Virus record (IMG/VR): IMGVR_UViG_3300026488_000013
Location: 32,001-96,000 of that record
DNA length: 64,000 nt
From: a virus
Strand: one strand, 5' to 3'
The notes below the pieces were generated by a model. The model saw only the letters and a list, made by a program, of their open reading frames with translations, had not been told where the DNA came from and ran no database searches. The number at the start of each line of letters is the position of its first letter. The stretch's first letter is position 1. The position numbers were made by a program, and so were the translations under genes. Below, in pieces: positions 41,662 through 52,204 of this stretch.

Positions 41662-42807
41662 ATGACATCAACGGGATATTTAAATATAAGATTTACATTA
41701 GAAGATTTTTCTAATCCATATTTAAATAAAATATCTCTAATCCCTATTTCATTTAATATCGTTAAAAACCCTTTTAAAAAACATTCCACAATTTATTTTT
41801 TATCATTTAGCATCCCTGAAATCATGAATAGAGTTGTTTCGTTAAATTCGATAATTAATTATGATATAAAAGTTGAGTTTTCTTATGTGAAGAACAATTT
41901 TGAAAAAAAACTTTTAATTTTAACTCTCAAACCTATATCCATTTCCAACATAGAAAGTTCCGATATTTATAACGGAATAAGCTTTGTTAAATGTATTGCT
42001 ATCTCCAAAGATGATTATTTATGGAACTCCGGCGGTAATATAATTGCGGGTGCGTATGATGTATCAAATTATGAGGATTTATTTAGCAAATTACTGAATA
42101 ATTTTAAAACATACTTATCAGTAGATATTATGGATTATACTATTAAGAATAAATATATTCCCTCTAAATATAAAGTTCAAAAGATTTTTATCCCGGATGA
42201 TTTGAATAATATAGATGCTATTAACTTTGTTGTAAACAAATATAAAACACACACATATCCTTCTACATACTTCTATGATAGTTTTAGTTTAATTGGCAAA
42301 AATTTTTATGAGCTAAATATTGAAACGAATTTATCTGCTATAAAAGGGTGTAGTTTTATTTACAAAAAATCCGCACCGAAAGTTTCTCTTAAAAATATCC
42401 CGATGAATATAGTAGAAAGAAAAAAATTTAATTTAATCATGAATAAAGAGTTAACAGATATTGTTAACGCAGGGAAAATCAAAATAGTGGATGAAATGGG
42501 CAATTATAAAATTCTTAATGTTAACCCGGACAATAAATCTGTTAAAAAAATAATTGCTCCCGACGACATTAAAAGTGCGGAATACAGGATAATGAAATTT
42601 ATAGAATTAATAAAAAATATGCAGGGATTAAATTTATATTACGTTAAAAATATTTCTCCAAGCTTAATGGATATTGGGCATGTTATAAGTTTTGATGGAA
42701 GAAAATATAATTCTGCCATATTATCTTCTACGTTGAAATTTTATAAAATTCAAGATAATAAATGGTTTTGTGATGGTTATTATTTGATTGCGGAATTCTT
42801 AAATTAA
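41662..42807 (+). CDS. Hypothetical protein (possibly baseplate hub, gp27-like)
   Basis: 381 aa ORF; fold guess is weak. Confidence 0.55.
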   Translation: MTSTGYLNIRFTLEDFSNPYLNKISLIPISFNIVKNPFKKHSTIYFLSFSIPEIMNRVVSLNSIINYDIKVEFSYVKNNFEKKLLILTLKPISISNIESSDIYNGISFVKCIAISKDDYLWNSGGNIIAGAYDVSNYEDLFSKLLNNFKTYLSVDIMDYTIKNKYIPSKYKVQKIFIPDDLNNIDAINFVVNKYKTHTYPSTYFYDSFSLIGKNFYELNIETNLSAIKGCSFIYKKSAPKVSLKNIPMNIVERKKFNLIMNKELTDIVNAGKIKIVDEMGNYKILNVNPDNKSVKKIIAPDDIKSAEYRIMKFIELIKNMQGLNLYYVKNISPSLMDIGHVISFDGRKYNSAILSSTLKFYKIQDNKWFCDGYYLIAEFLN

Positions 42808-42824
42808 AAAAAAGAATGTGAGGT

Positions 42825-44003
42825 GTGAGGAAAATGAATGTAGAAAGGAAGACTTTTGAACAAATTATTGAAGAAGATTTTAAAGAACTTTATATTTATT
42901 ATGCAGACAAACTACCCAAATTATTTAAAGAAATTTCAGAATTGGGAATAGATTTAGAGGAAAGAAAATTATCATACAGAGATAATAGTTATGGAATAAC
43001 GGAAATAATATCATGTCCTATTAAAGCAAGGCTCCGCCGTGAGGGTAAAGAACCCAAAATTGAAAAATTTGAAATAGCAGACGGATTTATTTTTGAAACT
43101 ATTGTAAAATTTTTAATGGTAAAAATCTTTGGTAAAGAAAAGGTTGAGTTTGAGAAATTATTACAATACGATTTAACCTTAGATGATAGAACGCAATTTA
43201 AAATCGACGGTCATCTTGATGTATTTATAAATTATTCGGAGGATACCAAAATAGGCCTTGAAATTAAAAATACAGTATTGCAATTTGATAATATATTATA
43301 CAATTCTCCGCCTCCATTAATTATTTTAAATCCTGATGAAATAAAACGAATAAATATTTCTCCTAAGTATATATTACAAGCATCTATCCAGAAATTCATT
43401 CTTGAGAAAATGTATCCTGGGAAGAACATAAAACAATATTTATTGATTAAAACTAATTTGAAAACCAGATGGAAGCTCGGAAAGAGTATTATTCTTTATC
43501 CGGTAGTATACACAATATCTGAAGATAAATTAAAAGAAATCTGTTATAGATTTAAGAACTGCCAAAAACCTCGTGCAGTTTGGGAATGCAAAGTTTGTTC
43601 ATATAAAGATGAAAGATATTGTAGCGGATTTACCGATGAAAAAATAAACAATGATACATCTTTAGAAATAGAAGAAATAAAAAATATAAATGATGAATTA
43701 ATAATAGAATTGTTAGACAGAAAGGAAGAGTTAGAAAAAGAAATTAGAACAATTAACGAAGAATTAAAAAAAAGAATTAACGGACAGATTAATTACAAAG
43801 GAAAAACTTTAGGGTGGGTTGATGAAGAAAAAGAAAAAATAAATCCTGCGGCACTTAATAAATTATTAAAAGAGAAAGGAATTAAAAACAGAAGTCAATA
43901 TTTTATAGTCAATCCATATAAGAAACAAGAATTGAAAAAAATATTAAAAGAAGATTATGACAAGATAGTGATAAAAGAAAAAAGAAAGAAATTCAAAATT
44001 TAA
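42825..44003 (+). CDS. Cas4-like PD-(D/E)xK exonuclease with C-terminal extension
   Basis: ITEIISCP, GHLDV, LEIKN, LQ, WECKVCSY...C (four-Cys Fe-S layout). Confidence 0.8.
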   Translation: MRKMNVERKTFEQIIEEDFKELYIYYADKLPKLFKEISELGIDLEERKLSYRDNSYGITEIISCPIKARLRREGKEPKIEKFEIADGFIFETIVKFLMVKIFGKEKVEFEKLLQYDLTLDDRTQFKIDGHLDVFINYSEDTKIGLEIKNTVLQFDNILYNSPPPLIILNPDEIKRINISPKYILQASIQKFILEKMYPGKNIKQYLLIKTNLKTRWKLGKSIILYPVVYTISEDKLKEICYRFKNCQKPRAVWECKVCSYKDERYCSGFTDEKINNDTSLEIEEIKNINDELIIELLDRKEELEKEIRTINEELKKRINGQINYKGKTLGWVDEEKEKINPAALNKLLKEKGIKNRSQYFIVNPYKKQELKKILKEDYDKIVIKEKRKKFKI

Positions 44004-44007
44004 ATTA

Positions 44008-44535
44008 TTATACCATCTCAAACTTTATCTTTTTATTCCCAATAAACTTTTTAATTTTACTTACAATATCGTTTTCCTGTTTAATATTCCTCGAACCTAC
44101 TTTTATTAAATAATTATTGTAATTTTTCAACAATTCTTCCCTATAAATTCTGTCTATATCATTTAGACAATTTACCAATTTATTATTTACGATTATATAA
44201 CCAAACTCAACATATTCTATTGCATCGTGCGGTATTAATTCACTATTGGATATATCTATTAATGTGGCCATTCTAATATTTTTTTCTCTTATAAATTCTT
44301 CCAATTTTCTTCTTGTCTGATTAATACTATATTCTTTGGCTTGTTCGATAAGATATTTAACTAATCTATTATATTCGAACATTTGTTCCACTATTCTTAA
44401 CAAGTTGTTCTCAATATTATATATATCGTAGATAATATGTATAGCAGGTTTATATTTATTATCTTCAATTCTTCTTTCATAAATGATTTTTGAAATTTCT
44501 ACTCTTTTTACTAACAATTCTTCAAACTTTCTCAT
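44008..44535 (-). CDS. Hypothetical protein
   Basis: TATGGTTAA motif at 44545-44553. Confidence 0.7.
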   Translation of the reverse strand: MRKFEELLVKRVEISKIIYERRIEDNKYKPAIHIIYDIYNIENNLLRIVEQMFEYNRLVKYLIEQAKEYSINQTRRKLEEFIREKNIRMATLIDISNSELIPHDAIEYVEFGYIIVNNKLVNCLNDIDRIYREELLKNYNNYLIKVGSRNIKQENDIVSKIKKFIGNKKIKFEMV

Positions 44536-44588
44536 ACCAACCTATTAACCATAATAGAAAATCTATTATTAAAAATACTGATTAATAT

Positions 44589-44963
44589 TTATTTTAATTT
44601 TCGTTTAATTTTATAACTATTTAACTTATTAAATAAATCTAATTGTTGTTTCAAATTTATTATGCATTTTCTTAAAAAAAGATAATTTGATATAAGGTGA
44701 TTGATAGATTTTATATTTACACATACATAATTTTTGTTTTCCTTTGGAATATAATATCTCAACAATATTGGGTTCGCAGTGTTATTTAAACAAAAATTAA
44801 TCTCATCAATCAAATTCCCGCTCCGTTTTGTTATTTGAATTTTCGTATAATTTAATTCTAAATCTGAATAATTTTTCTTAACATTTAAATTTATCTCTCC
44901 GCATGAAAGTAATAAAACTGGTAATAAAATTATAAGACCATTAACAACAGTTTTATGTTTCAT
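44589..44963 (-). CDS. Putative o-spanin (lipoprotein)
   Basis: Signal peptide with LLLSC lipobox; 4-bp overlap with the upstream TM/coiled-coil gene. Confidence 0.6.
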   Translation of the reverse strand: MKHKTVVNGLIILLPVLLLSCGEINLNVKKNYSDLELNYTKIQITKRSGNLIDEINFCLNNTANPILLRYYIPKENKNYVCVNIKSINHLISNYLFLRKCIINLKQQLDLFNKLNSYKIKRKLK

Positions 44964-45298
44964 TTTATATATATCGTGCCATTTTTTGTGTTGAAATAAT
45001 TTTTATTTCTAAATTCCTTTAAAATGTTTTGCAATTCTCGCATTTTATATCTTTGAAAAGTATCCAGCACAACATCAATTTTATACTGACATTCCTCTAA
45101 CCTCCTCTTCAAATCTGCATTCCCATTTTCATAATATTTAACAGCGGTTTTTAATTTTTCATTTTCTATTATTAATTCATGATATTTATTGTAAAATTTA
45201 ATAACTAAAAATAAAACAGAGGCGACGGTTACAAAGATTAGGGAGTAAATTATAAGCCGTCGCCGTATTGATAAGAAAACTAAAATTGATGTCCACAT
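44960..45298 (-). CDS. Putative i-spanin
   Basis: N-terminal TM helix followed by coiled coil. Confidence 0.6.
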   Translation of the reverse strand: MWTSILVFLSIRRRLIIYSLIFVTVASVLFLVIKFYNKYHELIIENEKLKTAVKYYENGNADLKRRLEECQYKIDVVLDTFQRYKMRELQNILKEFRNKNYFNTKNGTIYIK

Positions 45299-45300
45299 TA

Positions 45301-45852
45301 TTAATTACCTTCAAAAATACTTGCGTGTTTCATAATCATAACACCAAAAGCAGACAATGCGGAAATTATTACAAAGATAATTATTGACTTTACTATTTCA
45401 CCATACACTGAGCGAGCATTTATTAAATTTTTAACATTGTGGTCAATTTCCTTTATAGTCAATTCAATTTCCTTGAATTCTTTTCTTATATATTTTACTT
45501 CGTCATTTAATTTTTTTATTTCTTTATCATGCAACTCCACTATAGTAATTTTTCTTTCAATATCGAGAATACTATCTTTTAATTTTGTTATTTCAGAAGA
45601 ATGGGCGGTCACGGTTTTAACAGTATTTTCAATTATTGACTGATGTTTAGTAATAAGATTTTCTAATTCAGACACTCTTTCGACAGATTTTTTTATATCT
45701 TTTTTTATCTCTTTTAATTCCTCAGTTAAATGTTTTATATCAGATTTTAATGATACTAATAATTCTATGCTGGATAGAGTATAGTCTTTGGAAGAATTTA
45801 TAATATTGCTGTATTCTTTTTCATCACTGTGTGTGATATATTTTGGAGACAT
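45301..45852 (-). CDS. Coiled-coil protein with C-terminal TM helix (holin/XhlA-like)
   Basis: Long heptad region plus C-terminal hydrophobic helix, next to the spanin-like pair. Confidence 0.55.
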   Translation of the reverse strand: MSPKYITHSDEKEYSNIINSSKDYTLSSIELLVSLKSDIKHLTEELKEIKKDIKKSVERVSELENLITKHQSIIENTVKTVTAHSSEITKLKDSILDIERKITIVELHDKEIKKLNDEVKYIRKEFKEIELTIKEIDHNVKNLINARSVYGEIVKSIIIFVIISALSAFGVMIMKHASIFEGN

Positions 45853-45904
45853 AACTGTTAATAAGACTATAAAAAGTTAAAGAAGGAGAAAAATATTAAA
45901 CCAA

Positions 45905-46681
45905 TTATCCGCCGGAAGGTTTATTAAATGCATTTATATTATAAAATGCAGACTGGGCAATATCCGATATTTTGAGTTCTTTGGACGATTGAGCTCTTGC
46001 AGACACTAATGCAGCACCAATATTTTTGAGTTCGGGATAGTCAAAATCGGTAAACCAGTCGTCACATGTATAAGATATAGACAGTTGTAGCAAGGATTGA
46101 GAAGTTATATCGCTATCAAAGTTTCCTAATTGGTCGTCATCGGGCGGCAATACACCATGTAAAACATACACTCTCTCTACCATATCGGGCGTGATTTTAT
46201 AACTATCATCTACTACGAACGAACCCAATGGTTTTGTTTGGACAACTAGAAATGTTGCTTTAGTTTCTTTTGGAATATTAGTAGTTCCCGCCCCAGTTAT
46301 ATTATCTGCAATAATTTGTGCCCAGGCTTGATGAAATGCGAATACAGGAGAACCACTCAATTCATTATAAGTAATAGAAAAATCATTATTTTTCATTCTA
46401 CCTGTTATGTATTTAGAATTACCGCCTATATGTGGCATATCCGCTTTATTCAATGTAGAGTTTGGCGGTGTAAAGTTTACAGATGTCCCGGCCAAAAGAT
46501 GTTCTATTACATCGGGGTTGTATTTCAACTTATCTACTAAATACTGGGGCGGGTCAATAAATAGGTGCCAATAACCTTTAATAAAAGGTGTGTTATTTCT
46601 TAATCCAACATATTTTCTAGAAAAACTATCTGGTAAATCCATTTGAGATGTTAATTGAGTGAAATCCTCAAAAGAGGGCAT
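45905..46681 (-). CDS. Tail tube protein
   Basis: Directly follows the sheath gene; GGAGG RBS; gp19-like pattern ending LSISYTCDDW. Confidence 0.75.
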   Translation of the reverse strand: MPSFEDFTQLTSQMDLPDSFSRKYVGLRNNTPFIKGYWHLFIDPPQYLVDKLKYNPDVIEHLLAGTSVNFTPPNSTLNKADMPHIGGNSKYITGRMKNNDFSITYNELSGSPVFAFHQAWAQIIADNITGAGTTNIPKETKATFLVVQTKPLGSFVVDDSYKITPDMVERVYVLHGVLPPDDDQLGNFDSDITSQSLLQLSISYTCDDWFTDFDYPELKNIGAALVSARAQSSKELKISDIAQSAFYNINAFNKPSGG

Positions 46682-46767
46682 TTATATTAAACCTCCGTTG
46701 CCTTTTTACAAAGGGAAATAAAGAAAAAAATAAAATAAGAAATTTTTATTGATTATTCTACTATCTA

Positions 46768-48666
46768 TCAACTATTAGGCATAAGCATTAAAGTTACATT
46801 TACTTCCTCAATAATACCGACAAACCATAATTTAATAATCACGTTTAGAGCATTAGTTGATTTGTCAAATTCTACAATTACTTCATATTTTTCCAAAATT
46901 CCCATTGTGGGTTTATCTACAGTGAAATTAGATAAATAATCTTCCACTCTACGGCGAGCCATTTGAATTATAGCGGGTGTAGCTTTTCGTTGCAGTAAAT
47001 CATACAATCTGGGATAAAGGTCTTTTTTAATTTTGTTTAGGAATTTAACATAGTTGGCTCTTTGTAAATAACTAGAACGTTTATAAAATGTTTTTTGTTC
47101 AACAAAGAAATATGTCCCGTCGGCAGTTTTAACCAAAGGATTGATTTGATATTTGGATAGTTCTTTAGCTTCTTCAATATTAGGAATGTATGTAGGATTT
47201 TTAATAGATGTTCTAACTGCACCGCCATTTAGACCGGCAACAGGGACAGTCAAATCCATTACAGTGTCCACATATAAATGACTATCCATTAGCCAGAAAG
47301 ACAAAGGTAATTTAATTGTCCGGTTATTATAAGGGTCATAATAATCACAATATGCACCTTCTGTTCCAGTTACATTATATTGAGATTGGTTTAGTAAATC
47401 AGTCCTCCATTGAATATCTTGTGTATATGTATAAGATAGAGGTGCAGATACTATTGCAAAACAATCATCTCTTGCTTTAGCAAAATCACAAACTGCTTGT
47501 TGCACATCGGGGTCTCCGGTATAATCAACAACATATTCGACTTCATAAGGTTTAAATGGATATTCACTAATCAGTATTTGGGATGTCTCTTTGTTATATG
47601 TTCCATTATAAGCTTGAATAAGTAAAGATTTCATATTTGTTGGAGACATGTCGCCATCATATCCTCCAGATAAAGATATTACGCCATTGGTAGATTGAAG
47701 CATGTTATAAAATGCTTTACCGTATATAAACGGTTTTTCAGCCATTTTTTGTTTAAGAGTTTCGTCTATAGCAACATAAACATACATAGACGAACCATTT
47801 ATTACTTCTTCAATAAACATATTAGCTCCGCTGGTAGGATTTAATACAGGCTGCCCGTCTGGGGTAGTGTCAACAAGAGATACTACATAATTATTTTCAA
47901 GAATAGTAGGGGCGGCGGTAGGTTTCTTTTCATACACAGTTATGTTATAAAACATATAAGGCATATACGGAATAAATTCTTCCTCATCTACAAAATATTC
48001 TTCAATCGTTTCATTTCTTACAGCACTTAGTTTCACATAGTTATAATAATTTCCTTTACCTTTTGCGATTATTACTATTTGATTTGTTCCAGGGAGTATA
48101 GATTCGTAACTGGAAATAGCACTAGATATATTTCCTAAGCTAATATCGGGTATTTGCACCGCAACATAATTACTATCAACTGTTACAGGTTTATCGACAG
48201 TTATTTTGTTATTATCTGTATCTACATTAGTAACTATTCTATAAATATACTTACCACTGGCGGGTTCATACAAAACTATTTCTTTATTCTCTGCAAATAC
48301 AGATGCATCGCTCACAGGAATAACAACATCGTTTGTTACGGTATCGGTTACATCAGTTTCGGAATATTCATTAAAAGTTAACGTTGCATTAGCGTATTTT
48401 GCATCTGCAGGAGTTAGTCTAATTCCATATACATTTACATCATCATATTCAATTGCTTTCAAAACATAATACAACCCGTTTCCATATTTTACAGAGTTGG
48501 GTTTGCCGAATAAAGATATAACCTGTTCGGGAGAATATAGTTTAAAAATCTGCCCGTCAATACCTTTTTCGCTGAAAAATGGAATATAAACCCTGGTATT
48601 ACCTTCTACGGGCGGAGCGATGTAAGTTTGGTCTACTATTTTAAAATTAACGCTAGGAAAAGCCAT
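46768..48666 (-). CDS. Tail sheath protein
   Basis: FPSVNFKIVDQT, LFGKPN, LSGGYDG, ARDDCFAI, AGLNGG, QINPL, QKTF motifs. Confidence 0.92.
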   Translation of the reverse strand: MAFPSVNFKIVDQTYIAPPVEGNTRVYIPFFSEKGIDGQIFKLYSPEQVISLFGKPNSVKYGNGLYYVLKAIEYDDVNVYGIRLTPADAKYANATLTFNEYSETDVTDTVTNDVVIPVSDASVFAENKEIVLYEPASGKYIYRIVTNVDTDNNKITVDKPVTVDSNYVAVQIPDISLGNISSAISSYESILPGTNQIVIIAKGKGNYYNYVKLSAVRNETIEEYFVDEEEFIPYMPYMFYNITVYEKKPTAAPTILENNYVVSLVDTTPDGQPVLNPTSGANMFIEEVINGSSMYVYVAIDETLKQKMAEKPFIYGKAFYNMLQSTNGVISLSGGYDGDMSPTNMKSLLIQAYNGTYNKETSQILISEYPFKPYEVEYVVDYTGDPDVQQAVCDFAKARDDCFAIVSAPLSYTYTQDIQWRTDLLNQSQYNVTGTEGAYCDYYDPYNNRTIKLPLSFWLMDSHLYVDTVMDLTVPVAGLNGGAVRTSIKNPTYIPNIEEAKELSKYQINPLVKTADGTYFFVEQKTFYKRSSYLQRANYVKFLNKIKKDLYPRLYDLLQRKATPAIIQMARRRVEDYLSNFTVDKPTMGILEKYEVIVEFDKSTNALNVIIKLWFVGIIEEVNVTLMLMPNS

Positions 48667-48744
48667 TTAAAATATACCCCTCTAAGATTGTTTATTAATG
48701 GTTGTTAAAAAAACTATTTATTAATTAAATTGAATTATACTGAG

Positions 48745-49380
48745 TTAGAATAAAATATACCATTTAAATGTTATAGATTCATTTTCTTCCAAAATTTTAT
48801 CGGTTGTTGTATAGTGAGAGAATAATCTCCAATTATCTCCGTTGGTATAAAATAATCCTACTTCATTAATCTTAACAGGTGCCACTAAATCTGGCTCTTC
48901 GGAAACAACAATACTTAAAGTATTCTCAATAGTGGTATAATGGTTAGTATTTGAATCTAAAATTATTTGTTTTGAGTTGATAGGTTTCAGAATTCCGTCC
49001 CTTTTATAATCTGGATTGGACTCATTGAGTTTTAACGGAGAGTATAAATCATTATCTGGGTCATCAGGGCCTATTTTTGTTGTTCCATCATTAGAGTTGG
49101 TTCCTCCATTACCAACTCCAAAATGTGTTATGCTCCAATCCGTGTAATCCCCTAAATCAAATGTTTTACTCGCAGCAAATTCCCTGCCATCATAAACAAC
49201 CAGATTTTTTCCTCTTTCTATAAATTCGTTATTTTTATAAATTTCGACTAAACCTACAATTTTATCTTTTTCCTCTAAATTATCAAAAATAAATTCTATT
49301 TCCTCTTTTGTAAGGTGCGGCGATTTTTTAGAAAATTTAGAACTATTTAGGAATTCTAAGAAGTTTTTATATTTTTTCAT
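48745..49380 (-). CDS. Baseplate/tail-fibre attachment protein (DUF3751-like)
   Basis: NLVVYDGRE, ITHFGVGNGG, INEVGLF, ITFKWYILF. Confidence 0.7.
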   Translation of the reverse strand: MKKYKNFLEFLNSSKFSKKSPHLTKEEIEFIFDNLEEKDKIVGLVEIYKNNEFIERGKNLVVYDGREFAASKTFDLGDYTDWSITHFGVGNGGTNSNDGTTKIGPDDPDNDLYSPLKLNESNPDYKRDGILKPINSKQIILDSNTNHYTTIENTLSIVVSEEPDLVAPVKINEVGLFYTNGDNWRLFSHYTTTDKILEENESITFKWYILF

Positions 49381-49425
49381 CTTATACTCTCCGCTGTGTT
49401 GTGAAGAGTTAATAAAACATTGTTG

Positions 49426-51195
49426 TTAATCAGATATTATACTTTCCGTTACTATATCGTCTATTATCATTCTATCATTATTGGAATTATTTATTTTAAT
49501 ATTCATTTTTTCGGATTTATTAACATAAATACTCGATACGACTGATTTTATATTCGTTTTTATGAATTCGTTAATATTAATTTTAGAATTAACCTGAGAA
49601 TATATGTCTGTCAGATATTTAAGACTATTAATCATGCATCTAGACTTATTAATATTTTCAATTTCCAATAAATTTTTATTTCTTATTAAAGCACTATCTG
49701 GAATATTAGTATTTAAACTTATTTGTGAAACAACAGATTTCATTATTACCATTTCATCTAGCCCGGAAATTACATAAAATATATTAGTATAATCAATAAA
49801 GGGTATTATATAATATGGAACTTGTGTCAATATAACAGATATTCTATCGCCGATATAATTGGTAATTACACTAAATTTCTCGGAAATATTTAAAAACATA
49901 TTAATAAATGAATTTACATTATCATAATAAAGCTTTAAATTTTCATTGTTCGAATGTAATAAAAAATACCCGCTGTTTAACAGTGATATAAATATTGAGT
50001 AGAATATATCTGCCAGTAGCGACGCCTTGTCATCGTCTGAATATATACTTGATTGGAGAATATTTCTTATCTTTCCTATAAACTCTGGGTATTGTTGCAA
50101 TAAATAGTTTTCAACATATTCTAATGGAACATTTTCTTCATTTGTTTTTGTTATATTTTTATAAACATATTTGTTCAATAAATCTCTAAGCTCTCCATAC
50201 TTTTTGTCATAGAGTTCGGAATACTTATACTCTTTATGCCCATTTTGTAGCAGGTCAACTATATATTCAAAAGTTTCATAGTCTTGTTCTAAATATGTAT
50301 TTAATTCCAAGGCAGATATATACTTGGAATATGTAGAATTTTTATTGTCATAAATATAGTATACGGAACCAAAATATTTTAGCAATAAGTATTCTATTAT
50401 TAAGGGAATATCTTGGATAAAAATATAATACTTTGTATTGAAGTCGAATTTAGAGGCAATAGATGGGGTTAAGTTTATTTCGATTTTTAAATTTTTGAAT
50501 TTGGTTAGAAACAGAGCGGCACGCAGGAATTCGCTTAAACCCTCAATAATGGCTCTTTTTCCATGAATATATAAAATATTGGTTTTATAAGGAAACACAA
50601 ATTTATCCAAATTATTTAAAATATCTTCTTTAGTTAGCATTAGATTAGGAATTTTCTCTTTAACATAATCAAAATCTAAATATTTTAAATCGTCCACCGG
50701 ATTTGTTAAATAATTTATAAAAAAATAAACATCGTTTTTATTTTTATCATACACAATTTCAAGCTCGCCTATTGAAACCATATTTTCAAGTCTTAGAATG
50801 TTAGTAAGAACCATTATATCATTAACTGATGCCCGCCACCTTTTTATTAAACCAATATTATAAAAAAGCAACTTTATTTCTTCTATAGTCAATTTCTTAA
50901 CTTTTTCCTCAGGTATCCCAAATAAATCTATGATTTTAGTATATAAATCTAAATACTCTTCATCCTTAATATCCAGGTTTAAAAAACTTCTAACAAAGTA
51001 TGTTAATGGGATAGGGATTTCATTATATGTTTTTTCTAAATGCTGGTTAAAAATAATATCGAATAAAATTTCTTTTAAATTTTTATTTTTTATAGTGTTT
51101 TCTTCGTCCAAATAAGATGTTCTAAATTGGTCAGTTATATTAGAATAATAGGTGTGTAATTTTTCTAAAAAAAGTTTTAATTTATTTCTATCCAT
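49426..51195 (-). CDS. Putative baseplate wedge protein
   Basis: Position in the baseplate cluster; 589 aa. Confidence 0.55.
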   Translation of the reverse strand: MDRNKLKLFLEKLHTYYSNITDQFRTSYLDEENTIKNKNLKEILFDIIFNQHLEKTYNEIPIPLTYFVRSFLNLDIKDEEYLDLYTKIIDLFGIPEEKVKKLTIEEIKLLFYNIGLIKRWRASVNDIMVLTNILRLENMVSIGELEIVYDKNKNDVYFFINYLTNPVDDLKYLDFDYVKEKIPNLMLTKEDILNNLDKFVFPYKTNILYIHGKRAIIEGLSEFLRAALFLTKFKNLKIEINLTPSIASKFDFNTKYYIFIQDIPLIIEYLLLKYFGSVYYIYDNKNSTYSKYISALELNTYLEQDYETFEYIVDLLQNGHKEYKYSELYDKKYGELRDLLNKYVYKNITKTNEENVPLEYVENYLLQQYPEFIGKIRNILQSSIYSDDDKASLLADIFYSIFISLLNSGYFLLHSNNENLKLYYDNVNSFINMFLNISEKFSVITNYIGDRISVILTQVPYYIIPFIDYTNIFYVISGLDEMVIMKSVVSQISLNTNIPDSALIRNKNLLEIENINKSRCMINSLKYLTDIYSQVNSKININEFIKTNIKSVVSSIYVNKSEKMNIKINNSNNDRMIIDDIVTESIISD

Positions 51196-51232
51196 TCATT
51201 TTGTTTTGAAACATATAATGTCCTTTTAATAC

Positions 51233-52204
51233 TCACAATGTATAATATATCTTGGATAAATTCTTATGCAATTCTAAGGCTCTGGCATGTTGTTCAGAGT
51301 AATCTTTTAATTCATTTAATTTATTTAACCAATAATCATATGAGTGTTTATTAGTGTGATACTTATCGCAACCTTCATCTGGAGTAAATTTACCCGGAAA
51401 CATTAACGGTGCCGCAGGTATGGCAAAATCTAGTCTCATTCCTTTTTTATTAATCGCACCACCTATATAATCCAAGAAATATAAATTCAAATATTTTTCA
51501 TATTCTTTAGTCGAATTCTCCGATTTTATACAGTAATACGCCTCTTCATTGTAATCAAAATACTGTTTAAAATAAGGAATGTAATTATCATAAATTAATT
51601 GAACAACATTAACCTTCTCCAGATACTTATCTTTTTCAACAAATTTTCCCAAGCTATAATCAAAATAATAAATTTGGTTCAAATTATTCACCAATAAATC
51701 ATTAATAAGATTATCCTTAGTAATTGTTGATTTTACCAACTCAATATTAAACATTGGTATAACTGTATTAGATAACAACGGTGTGCTTATAGTTGTTATC
51801 TCATATACAATATTTGAAAATGTTTCTTCATCATAAAACATTATAAAACTACCTACCGTTAAATCATCAAATCCTATAATAGAAACTGATAAATTTGTTT
51901 GTGGATTAAGCCCGCCTTCATCCAAAATAAGATTAAAATTCATATTCGATGTATAAAATATCGGAACATATTCATAAACATTGTATTTATACCCTGTTAG
52001 TGTAGAACGGTTTTTATCGTATGTTAAGTCAGTATCTTTATCATATACCGATGTATCTAATGCAGGTGTTATTATCCTGGCCGGTGTTGCATAATGATAT
52101 AAACCTTTATATTCTTTAACAAAATTCAAAAATTCCCTTGTTAAAGAGTATGTATATGCTGGTTCTTTTGTTAGTAAATCTATTGGATTAAAGTTTAAGT
52201 TCAT
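51233..52204 (-). CDS. Putative structural protein (neck/baseplate)
   Basis: Genomic context only. Confidence 0.55.
   Translation of the reverse strand: MNLNFNPIDLLTKEPAYTYSLTREFLNFVKEYKGLYHYATPARIITPALDTSVYDKDTDLTYDKNRSTLTGYKYNVYEYVPIFYTSNMNFNLILDEGGLNPQTNLSVSIIGFDDLTVGSFIMFYDEETFSNIVYEITTISTPLLSNTVIPMFNIELVKSTITKDNLINDLLVNNLNQIYYFDYSLGKFVEKDKYLEKVNVVQLIYDNYIPYFKQYFDYNEEAYYCIKSENSTKEYEKYLNLYFLDYIGGAINKKGMRLDFAIPAAPLMFPGKFTPDEGCDKYHTNKHSYDYWLNKLNELKDYSEQHARALELHKNLSKIYYTL

Noticed and set aside
45853-49425. TAAC/AACA as a late-promoter motif upstream of structural genes
   Set aside because: Too little information content in AT-rich DNA to support by eye.
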